DNA of 64,000 bases from an uncultured Eubacteriales bacterium (GTDB lineage: Bacteria; Acidobacteriota; Aminicenantia; Aminicenantales; Aminicenantaceae), in assembly GCA_964410125.1 (NCBI GenBank), contig CAYPGQ010000001.1, positions 54,549-118,548 of the forward strand, in the 5' to 3' direction. Below are positions 50,677-58,493 of the stretch, piece by piece. The position numbers were made by a program, and so were the translations under genes. The first letter of the stretch is position 1. The number at the start of each line of letters is the position of its first letter. The notes under the pieces were generated by a model that was not told the DNA's origin, searched no databases, and saw only the letters and a list, made by a program, of their open reading frames with translations.

Positions 50677-51310
50677 CTATTTTAATACAACATCTTTGAT
50701 AATTAAAAGGGCCGCGACTCCTAATAGAACTGTTCCAAAAATCAACTTGATAGATCTCGATTTCAACTTCCCCGCCATAAGCCAAGAGCCTGCCTGGCTT
50801 CCAGCGAAAACGGCTAACACACACAGCCCCCAAACAAGCCAAACAGGCTGGGCAGCCGTGAAAATATGGGATATAAAGCTTGAAGCTCCGGAAAAAGTGA
50901 CCACCATGGCCGAAGTTGCGGCAGCTATTTTTGCCTCAAATCCCACAATATACAACAAGGGAACAACAAAACTGCCCCCCTCCTCTGCCAATCAAGCCAG
51001 CAAAAATCCGAGAACTGCCCCCGCGCTTATGCTTAAAACAATTTTTTTCTTTGTGGATAAGGCGCCTCTCTCGGGCTTCCACCCACTGAGCATCAGCATG
51101 GCGGCCGATCTATGAGTTTTTTCCGCCCATAGGTTAAAGCTGCAGAGGAGCTGTTCACAATATTCAACAACATGCCCAAAGGGATGGCCTGTGTTTTAAA
51201 ATCCATTCCCAACCAATAGAGAACGGGAATATAGAGTTGAAACCCACCCATGCCCAGAATAGAAAACAAAAAAGCGATAAAGAAAAAAATGAGCGGTGCA
51301 AGATATAATG
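50677..51310 (-). pseudogene. TauE/SafE (TSUP) sulfite exporter pseudogene
   Basis: [18 protein letters not shown] / [14 protein letters not shown] / AGLIGRG / GGSFVVP segments in different frames; internal deletion at ~51108 and two homopolymer indels near 50975-51006; no in-frame start found. Confidence 0.75.
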
Positions 51311-51380
51311 TGAATTTTCCTTCAATCGCATCTCTTTCTTAACAGTCAGCTGGCACTTGAGTGTAGGGAAGAAAAACGGA

Positions 51381-51472
51381 TGGCGGAGAGGGTGGGATTC
51401 GAACCCACGATACTGCATTCACAGTATAGCGATTTTCGAGACCGCCGCCTTCAACCACTCGGCCACCTCTCC
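51381..51472 (-). tRNA. tRNA-Ser(CGA)
   Basis: GGAGAGG acceptor, D-loop GAGTGG, anticodon arm GCGGT-CTCGAAA-ATCGC, long variable arm, GTTCGAATC, encoded CCA. Confidence 0.96.
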
Positions 51473-51479
51473 ATATCTC

Positions 51480-51941
51480 CTATTTTACAAAGCCTGATCT
51501 CTTTTTTTCAAAGAAAGATTTCAAGATTTTACCGCATTCTGCTGCCAAAACTCCACCTTTTACTTCAACCCTGTGATTCATTTTTACAAAAGGAAAGGAC
51601 ATCACCGATTCCACGGCTCCGCCCTTGGGATCGAAAGCGCCAAAAACCACTCTCCGCAACCTGGCATGAACAGCTGCCCCCAAACACATGGCACACGGTT
51701 CGAGGGTTACATACAGCTCACAGCCTGTAAGTCTGTAGTTCCTTTTCTCCTGACAGGCCTCTCTTATCACCTCAATTTCTGCGTGAGCTGTTGGGTCAGC
51801 GGACAAAAGCGGTTTATTATGCCCGCACGCAATAACCTTTTCGCCTTCAACAAGAACAGCTCCCACAGGAACCTCTCCTACCTTCATTGCCTTCTTCGCC
51901 TCTGCTAAGGCTTCCTGCATGAAATGTTCGTCTTTATCCAT
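51480..51941 (-). CDS. tadA: tRNA adenosine(34) deaminase
   Basis: GEVPVGAV, DPTAHAE, TLEPCAMC. Confidence 0.95.
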   Translation of the reverse strand: MDKDEHFMQEALAEAKKAMKVGEVPVGAVLVEGEKVIACGHNKPLLSADPTAHAEIEVIREACQEKRNYRLTGCELYVTLEPCAMCLGAAVHARLRRVVFGAFDPKGGAVESVMSFPFVKMNHRVEVKGGVLAAECGKILKSFFEKKRSGFVK

Positions 51942-52010
51942 TCGAAGCTGCCTCAATCACAGCGATTGATTTTACCTCTGCTGCCCCAAATTTACAACCA
52001 AATGCTCTCG

Positions 52011-52039
52011 TTGATGCAATAGGGAGATTGCGATATAAT
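52011..52039 (+). promoter_or_regulatory. putative sigma70 promoter, possibly giving a leaderless thrC mRNA
   Basis: TTGATG-17 nt-TATAAT, with the ATG 5 nt further on. Confidence 0.5.
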
Positions 52040-52044
52040 CATCG

Positions 52045-53259
52045 ATGAATTCGATGGAAGCATTCGAGTGTGTTTTTTGCCAGAAAAACTACCCTGTCGA
52101 CCCATTTCATACATTCTGTCCCAAATGTCAGGAGCCGCTTCTATACATAGGCCCACAAACAGATAAAAAATTTCATCACAACAAAGATCATCCTTTAGAA
52201 GTTATGCTTGATTTTCTTCCCCTGGACCACGTAAACCATGATCTCAGTCTGGGTGAAGGCAATACACCTTTGATCAGACTCAAGAATGTTGAAAAAAACT
52301 TCCGGTTGCCAGCCCTGTATGCAAAAAACGAGACCATCAATCCAACACTCAGTTTTAAAGACAGAGGAACAGCATTAGCCATTCAAAAAGCAATCTCTCT
52401 CGGCATTGAAAAAATTGGCACTGTTTCTACTGGAAATATGGCCATTTCGACAGCTGCTTATGGAGCAAGAGCGGGAATAAAAACATTTGTGTTGGTCAAA
52501 GATGGCGCACATCGCGAAATACTCAATTCAACTGGCATATACAATCCTGTGATGATCAATGTCAAAGGGGACTATGGAGAGCTATTCCGGAGGAGTTTTT
52601 CTCTTGGCAAAAAAAATAATATTTATTTCACAAATTCGGTGGATCCTTTCCGGATCGAAGGTTATAAGGTGACAGCGTTTGAGACCTTCTTTCAGTTAGA
52701 TCAAAGAGTGCCTGATTTCATCTTTGTTCCTGTGAGTTCAGGGGGGCATTTGATCGGAATTATAAAAGCTTTCCACGAACTCAAACAACACGGATTCATC
52801 AAGAAGTATCCCCATTTTGTTGGTGTTCAAGCGGAAGGCTGCTCTCCGATTGCTAGAACCTTCCAAGCAAAAAAGCTAAGTGTGGAAAGGATTGAAAAAG
52901 CCGAGACCATCGCAAAAGCCATTTCCAATCCCGATCCGCCAGGGGGAAATATTTTGCTTAGGATGATTAGGCGTGCTGGAGGAACCATAATGAGTGCTCC
53001 AGAGGATAAAATTCTCGAGGCCCAAAGAAAATTGGCCGAACTCGAGGGGATATTTATCCAACCTGCTTCGGCAACAACTCTTGTCGGTTTTCTGGAGCTA
53101 GCTGAAAAGGGAAAGATTGGCCCAAAGAGCAGAATCGTTTTGATCCTCACAGGAAGCGGGATGAAAGCTTCAAAAAAAACCAAGAAATCTGATGCTCAAG
53201 TTTTGCAAGCGTCTCTTTCTGATCTGCCAGATATCATAAAATCTGTTAAATCAGATTGA
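52045..53259 (+). CDS. thrC: threonine synthase
   Basis: CxxC..CxxC N-terminus, LGEGNTPL, NPTLSFKDRG, STGN, RIEGYK, ILTGSG. Confidence 0.88.
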   Translation: MNSMEAFECVFCQKNYPVDPFHTFCPKCQEPLLYIGPQTDKKFHHNKDHPLEVMLDFLPLDHVNHDLSLGEGNTPLIRLKNVEKNFRLPALYAKNETINPTLSFKDRGTALAIQKAISLGIEKIGTVSTGNMAISTAAYGARAGIKTFVLVKDGAHREILNSTGIYNPVMINVKGDYGELFRRSFSLGKKNNIYFTNSVDPFRIEGYKVTAFETFFQLDQRVPDFIFVPVSSGGHLIGIIKAFHELKQHGFIKKYPHFVGVQAEGCSPIARTFQAKKLSVERIEKAETIAKAISNPDPPGGNILLRMIRRAGGTIMSAPEDKILEAQRKLAELEGIFIQPASATTLVGFLELAEKGKIGPKSRIVLILTGSGMKASKKTKKSDAQVLQASLSDLPDIIKSVKSD

Positions 53260-53340
53260 ATTTCTGTTGGTAAAAAAAAGTATCTTTTGTGTAAGAATAT
53301 GTTATCATGACTAATACTCAACGCAAGAAAGGAGGTCTTT

Positions 53341-54318
53341 ATGAGTAACGGCGACTTTCCAGCTATGGAGATTCGGCTACCAAAAATTAATCCAACAATC
53401 ATCAAACTTTCCGTAGTAGGCCTGGTCATCCTCATCGTGCTGTTCAGTTCTTTCTATCAGATTCGTCCCGAGGAAATGGGTGTAATCCTCCGGTTCGGAA
53501 AATTCGTCAGGACGACAGATCCTGGACTCCACCTCAAGCTCCCAGGTATCGAGCAATTGATGAAAGTACCGGTTCAAAGGCAGTTGAAGATGGAGTTTGG
53601 GTTTCGAACAGAAGTGCCAGGAATAAGGACAGAATACAGGGCAACTCCGGAAACCCAAAAGGAATCTCGGATGCTGACAGGTGACTTGAACGTGGCGGAT
53701 GTGGAATGGATCGTGCAGTACAAAATAAAGGATGCCTATAATTTCCTCTTCAAGCTCAGAGATGCAGAAAGCACTTTTCACTACATGAACGAGGCGGTTG
53801 TGAGAAAAATCGTCGGGGATAATTCAGTGGATGAGGTCATCACCGTCGGAAGAGCCAGAATAGCCTTAGAAGCCAAAGAAGAGCTGCAGACACTTTGCGA
53901 CCTGTACGAGATCGGAATAGAAGTCAACCAGCTCATCTTCCAGGATGTCAATCCCCCTGCCCCTGTGAAACCATCATTCAACGAAGTCAACGAGGCGCTT
54001 CAAGAAAAAGAGCGAAAAATCAACGAGGCCTGGTCGGAATATAACCAAGAAATCCCCAAGGCCCGTGGAGAAGCAGAGCAGATGATTCGAGGTGCCGAAG
54101 GGTACGCCACGGAAAGAGTGAACAACGCCGAAGGAGACGCCAACCGTTTCAGAGCTATCTACAGAGAGTATGCCCGGGCTCCATTGGTGACAAGAAAACG
54201 TCTCTATCTTGAAGCCATCAACGAGATTCTCCCGAAGATAAACAAAAAAATCATTTTTGACGAGCAAATGAAAAACATCCTGCCTCTTCTGAATCTCGGG
54301 GAGGAGGTGATAAAATGA
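53341..54318 (+). CDS. hflK: FtsH protease modulator HflK
   Basis: SPFH domain; MLTGDLN, IPKARGEA, AEGDANRF, TRKRLYLE. Confidence 0.93.
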   Translation: MSNGDFPAMEIRLPKINPTIIKLSVVGLVILIVLFSSFYQIRPEEMGVILRFGKFVRTTDPGLHLKLPGIEQLMKVPVQRQLKMEFGFRTEVPGIRTEYRATPETQKESRMLTGDLNVADVEWIVQYKIKDAYNFLFKLRDAESTFHYMNEAVVRKIVGDNSVDEVITVGRARIALEAKEELQTLCDLYEIGIEVNQLIFQDVNPPAPVKPSFNEVNEALQEKERKINEAWSEYNQEIPKARGEAEQMIRGAEGYATERVNNAEGDANRFRAIYREYARAPLVTRKRLYLEAINEILPKINKKIIFDEQMKNILPLLNLGEEVIK

Positions 54319-55259
54319 CCAAACAGACAACTACAGTCATCATTGTCGTGGCAGCGTTCTTAGTGCTGATCGTCCTCTTCGCTTCCTTTTACATCGTTTC
54401 GGAAACGAACCAGGTCATAATCACGCAATTCGGAGATCCCATCGGGGAAGCCATCACAACCCCGGGACTGCACATCAAAGTCCCTTTTATCCAGAAAGCC
54501 AATTATTTCGAGAAACGCTGGCTGGAATGGGATGGCGATGCCAACGAAATTCCCACAAAAGATAAAAAATACATATGGGTCGACACGTATGCCAGATGGC
54601 GAATCATTGATCCGCTCGTTTTCTTCCAGAGAGTGCGGGACGAAAGAGGCGCCCATTCCAGAATCGATGATATCATCGACGGTGAAACAAGGAATGCGAT
54701 TGCCAACTTTGACCTGATAGAGATCGTGCGTTCCACAAACCGGGAATTCGAAATGACAGAGGAAGCCGAAATCCTCGATCTCGCCAGCGTCATAGTTAAG
54801 ATTCAGACTGGACGGGAGAGAATCGCCCAAATCATCCTGGAAAAATCCTCTGAAACAACCCCGGAAATCGGCGTGGAACTCAAGGACGTCAAAATAAAAA
54901 GAATCAACTATGTGGATGAGGTCGAGAGAAAACAGTTCGACCGGATGATCTCCGAGAGACAGCGAATCGCATCCAAATATCGCTCCGAAGGTGACGGAAA
55001 GAGCGCGGAAATCCGCGGCCAGAAAGAGAAGGAACTGCTAAAGATTCAATCAGAAGCCTACAGGACATCTCAGGAAATAAAAGGTAAAGCCGATGCGGAA
55101 GCCACGGCGATATACGCGGATGCCTACAACCGTGACCCGGAATTTTACCAGTTTATGAAAACACTGGAGGTTTACCGGAATATTATGGATAAAGAAACCT
55201 GGCTTCTTCTGTCGACAGATGCGGAATTTTTGAAATATCTCAAAAGCACCCGCAAGTAG
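54315..55259 (+). CDS. hflC: FtsH protease modulator HflC
   Basis: PGLHIKVPF, VDTYARWRIIDP, RMISER, AYNRDPEFY. Confidence 0.93.
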   Translation: MTKQTTTVIIVVAAFLVLIVLFASFYIVSETNQVIITQFGDPIGEAITTPGLHIKVPFIQKANYFEKRWLEWDGDANEIPTKDKKYIWVDTYARWRIIDPLVFFQRVRDERGAHSRIDDIIDGETRNAIANFDLIEIVRSTNREFEMTEEAEILDLASVIVKIQTGRERIAQIILEKSSETTPEIGVELKDVKIKRINYVDEVERKQFDRMISERQRIASKYRSEGDGKSAEIRGQKEKELLKIQSEAYRTSQEIKGKADAEATAIYADAYNRDPEFYQFMKTLEVYRNIMDKETWLLLSTDAEFLKYLKSTRK

Positions 55260-56219
55260 CTAAACGAGTATCTTACGCAAGCGGTTCATTGAAATATTGC
55301 CGCCGCTCAGCACAAGTGCTACACTTTTGCCTTTGATCCTTTCTTTTATTTTCAAGGCGGCTGCCAGAGGGGAAGCGCCGGCTTCTTCTGCCATATTCCG
55401 GATGAGCTCCATGATCAGCAATATGGCCTGCACCATCTCCTCTTCCGAAACAAGTACAAAATCCGCAAGGTAATCCTGCAATATTTCTTGTGTCAGCTCG
55501 TAACCGATTTCGGTTGCGAGACCTTCTGCTTCTGTCTCCATTTTGTCTTTGACGATTTTTCCGCCCTTCCAGGAGAGATAGGCAGCCGACGCCATTGCGG
55601 CCTGAACACCGATAACCTGACACTCGGGATTGACCGCTTCCGTGACAATACAACAACCGGAGGCGCCACTCCCTCCCCCCACGGGAACGATTATCACATC
55701 CAGGTTGGGGACTTCCTCGAAAATTTCCAGGGCGTAGGTTCCAACTCCCGCGATTAAATCCGGTTCATTCGCCGGATGGATGAATCGGGCACGTCTCTCC
55801 CCGGCCAATTTTTCGGCATAATCCTTGGATTCATCAAAAATCCTGCCGAAAAAAACGATTTGAGCACCCATGCTTTTAATAGCTTTGACCTTAGTCGGAT
55901 TGGACTTCTCTGGCATCACAATAGTGACAGGAACGTTAAACAGATTGGATGCATACACGATCGACAGAGCGTGGTTTCCGGTGGAAGCGGTAACCACCCC
56001 TCTATGCCTTTGTTTCCGGTTCAGATTGTATATGAGATTTATGCCCCCTCTTGTTTTAAACGCCCCGGTTGGCAGATGATTCTCATGCTTGATATACACC
56101 CTTGCATCCAACAGTTGATTGACTTGGGGATAGGAATATATAGGAGTCCTCGGAAGGAAATCCTTGATCAAACTCCTGGCTTTCAGAACATCCTTAAATG
56201 TGGGCCTCTCCAGTTTCAT
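55260..56219 (-). CDS. serine/threonine dehydratase (catabolic type, no ACT domain)
   Basis: KHENHLPTGAFKTRG, ASTGNHA, VPVGGGSG, LSGGN. Confidence 0.9.
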   Translation of the reverse strand: MKLERPTFKDVLKARSLIKDFLPRTPIYSYPQVNQLLDARVYIKHENHLPTGAFKTRGGINLIYNLNRKQRHRGVVTASTGNHALSIVYASNLFNVPVTIVMPEKSNPTKVKAIKSMGAQIVFFGRIFDESKDYAEKLAGERRARFIHPANEPDLIAGVGTYALEIFEEVPNLDVIIVPVGGGSGASGCCIVTEAVNPECQVIGVQAAMASAAYLSWKGGKIVKDKMETEAEGLATEIGYELTQEILQDYLADFVLVSEEEMVQAILLIMELIRNMAEEAGASPLAAALKIKERIKGKSVALVLSGGNISMNRLRKILV

Positions 56220-56234
56220 CAGTTTGCCCTTTGA

Positions 56235-56303
56235 TCAACGAGCCATGCTTATCAGTGCGCGGAACAATTTATATCCCTCGATGTAATCTTGGATCTCGAA
56301 CAT
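56235..56303 (-). CDS. possible 22-aa small ORF or gene remnant
   Basis: GGAGG RBS then MFEIQDYIEGYKLFRALISMAR*, ending 15 nt before the dehydratase start. Confidence 0.3.
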   Translation of the reverse strand: MFEIQDYIEGYKLFRALISMAR

Positions 56304-56327
56304 GATACCTCCATTTTTCATATATAT

Positions 56328-56568
56328 CCTGGATTATTCACGAACTAAGCTTGCTGCAGATGCGAGGCGTCGATCCATGCTGCTGTACAAGTGTACCGCA
56401 AATGGATCGCAACGAAGCAGATGCAGTGAGATCGGCTCGCCCGAAGGGTAAAAAATGCCGATGAATATAAATAGATTCTTCTTGAAAAGTTTTTTTGGCA
56501 ATGTCAGGATAACTTCCTGATACTGCTGAAATAAAAAAAACATCGGCATTTTTTATGAATAGTCCAGG
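56328..56568 (+). mobile_element. structured miniature inverted-repeat element, copy B
   Basis: TIRs CCTGGATTATTCA / TGAATAGTCCAGG; core nearly identical to copy C; flanked by TA-N..N-TA. Confidence 0.82.
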
Positions 56569-56571
56569 TTA

Positions 56572-57645
56572 TTAGCCGTTGAGATATTTTCCCAGCTTCT
56601 GTTTGTTAGGGAACAAGGCTGCCGTTCCTCCTGTGTGGAAAAAAACGACATTGTCTTCCTTTTCAAAATAGCCTTTTTGCACAAGATCCATCAAAGCGAC
56701 CATGGCTTTACCGGTATAAACCGGATCCAGAAAAATGCCTTCTTTCATGCTCATTTGCCGGATAGCCTCAGCCACTTCCTTGTTCACTTCTCCATACCCT
56801 TCTCCCAAATACTCATCAAAAACGATGATATCATCCTTCTCAATTTCCAATTTTATATCCAAGGCCGTCACAGTATCTGCGGCGATGTCCAACACATAAT
56901 CAGCATACGTGTTTTTCTCCTCTGCAACACTCACCCCGAGTACTTTGGCTTTGTCACTCAATGCTTTTGATCCCACTGCTAAACCGGCTTGTGTCCCACC
57001 CGAGCCTGATGCATGTATTATATAATTCACATCCATTCCCTCGTCTTCGACCTGTTTTATCAACTCCACATAAGCATTCACATAACTGATGGCTCCCAGG
57101 GGATCCCCCATCGAACCTCCAGCCGCAGATCCTCCGATAGGAGCAATATAAGGCGTATTCCCCCTTTCTTTCACCTCTTTCGCCGCTTCTTCCAGAATCT
57201 CATCGACATCTTCCATATGCAAGATGCTTCCTTTGCCAATTTCCCTGATCTTGATATCGGAACTCAGGATAAAATCGAGCAAAAGATTCCCATCATATTC
57301 CGCAGGAAGATCATAAACATTGAAAAGGATCAGGATCGGTTTGATCCCGAATTTTTTGGCCGCTGCAGCTGTCTGGAGACACCAGTTGGACTGCAGCCCT
57401 GCCCAGGTGATGATCGCATCCGCTTTTTTATCCAGGACATCCTGCATGATGAATTCAAGTTTCCGAGATTTATTGCCTCCAAATGCCAATCCGGTCATAT
57501 CATCCCGTTTGATGTATATGTTCGGACCGCCCAGTTCCTTTGTGAGATTTTCCAATTTTTTAAACGGCGTGGGGAGATGGATCAAATCTTTCTTGGGAAA
57601 CTTCAGGATTTTTTTCTTTATTTCTGGAATGGAATAAGCCGCCAT
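56572..57645 (-). CDS. dcyD: D-cysteine desulfhydrase / ACC deaminase family PLP enzyme
   Basis: IKRDDMTGLAFGGNKSRKLE, QSN, ASGSGGTQAG, LDPVYTGKA, FFHTGG. Confidence 0.88.
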   Translation of the reverse strand: MAAYSIPEIKKKILKFPKKDLIHLPTPFKKLENLTKELGGPNIYIKRDDMTGLAFGGNKSRKLEFIMQDVLDKKADAIITWAGLQSNWCLQTAAAAKKFGIKPILILFNVYDLPAEYDGNLLLDFILSSDIKIREIGKGSILHMEDVDEILEEAAKEVKERGNTPYIAPIGGSAAGGSMGDPLGAISYVNAYVELIKQVEDEGMDVNYIIHASGSGGTQAGLAVGSKALSDKAKVLGVSVAEEKNTYADYVLDIAADTVTALDIKLEIEKDDIIVFDEYLGEGYGEVNKEVAEAIRQMSMKEGIFLDPVYTGKAMVALMDLVQKGYFEKEDNVVFFHTGGTAALFPNKQKLGKYLNG

Positions 57646-57768
57646 GTCGTCCTCCAATGGCAGAATTTTACAACAGAATCCCCTCACAAATCAAAAAATA
57701 TCCAAATTAGAAATTTTGATTTATATTCTCAAAAATAATAGAATTTCCAAAAAACATGTATGACTTAG

Positions 57769-58066
57769 CCTGGATTATTCACGAGCCTAGCTTGTTGTAG
57801 ATGCGAGGCGTCGGTCCATGCTGCTGTACAAGTGTACCGCAAATGGATCGCAACGAAGCAGATGCAGCGAGATCGGCTCGCCGCGTTTCCCATAAGGGTA
57901 AAAATTGCCGATGCCGATCCAGCCAACCCTAACATTAAGGTTTATATAAACTTGAAAGAATGGTACTCTTGAAAATGTTTTTATTGTCATTTGCAGCAAT
58001 GTCAGGATAACTTCCTGATATTGCTGAAGCAAAAAAAAGCATCGGCATTTTTATGAATAGTTCAGG
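57769..58066 (+). mobile_element. structured miniature inverted-repeat element, copy C
   Basis: TAG-CCTGGATTATTCA ... TGAATAGTTCAGG-CTA; core shared with copy B, longer variable insert. Confidence 0.82.
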
Positions 58067-58075
58067 CTAGAGACT

Positions 58076-58471
58076 TTGCTCAAAGATATCAAAAATCCGA
58101 GGCATATCGCACTATCCGCCTTGATATGCCTTTTTTGTATGTTCCTGGGATATGCACGCGGATCGATCGCGGGATTGATTGTCGGGATAATCATGGGAAT
58201 TTTCCTTCCCTTGTCGGGAGTAATCTTGATTTACAAACATGAAGAAAGGCAGAAAGAAATCCGGGATTCCTTGATTATCCCTAAAATCGGGATGACAGAA
58301 AAAAAAGAACAATGGTTGCGTAAGAAAAAATTACGCGAAGTGAAAGCCGAAAACAGGATTGACCTGCTGATCAAGATTGTGTGGTGGATTATTTTTGTGA
58401 TTATCGGGTTGAACATTCTGTATTGGACCTCCCCGATTTTGTATCACTTGATACAGGTAAGCAAGATGTGA
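58076..58471 (+). CDS. hypothetical membrane protein (3 TM)
   Basis: 131-aa ORF with two N-terminal and one C-terminal hydrophobic helices; TTG start uncertain. Confidence 0.55.
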   Translation: MLKDIKNPRHIALSALICLFCMFLGYARGSIAGLIVGIIMGIFLPLSGVILIYKHEERQKEIRDSLIIPKIGMTEKKEQWLRKKKLREVKAENRIDLLIKIVWWIIFVIIGLNILYWTSPILYHLIQVSKM

Positions 58472-58478
58472 TTTTAAA

Positions 58479-58493
58479 CCTGGATTATTCACG
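58479..58493 (+). repeat. solo left terminus of the element overlapping the RND stop codon
   Basis: CCTGGATTATTCACG is identical to the first 15 nt of copies A, B and C. Confidence 0.65.

Noticed and set aside
51164-51730. ORFs 51164-51418 and 51380-51730
   Set aside because: They overlap tRNA-Ser, tadA and the TauE pseudogene in wrong frames.
4208-57738. Long antisense ORFs (e.g. 4208-4921, 39773-40444, 57013-57738)
   Set aside because: Shadow frames of well-supported genes with no motifs of their own.
56334-58032. Similar short ORFs 56334-56549 and 57787-58032 (GEPISLHLLRCDPFAVHLYSSMDRRLAS)
   Set aside because: They lie inside the repeat element; copy A preserves base pairing rather than the peptide, so the similarity is a by-product.
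20976-58493. Repeat family as CRISPR repeats or integron attC sites
   Set aside because: No regular repeat-spacer periodicity, no cas or integrase gene, and no RYYYAAC/GTTRRRY ends.
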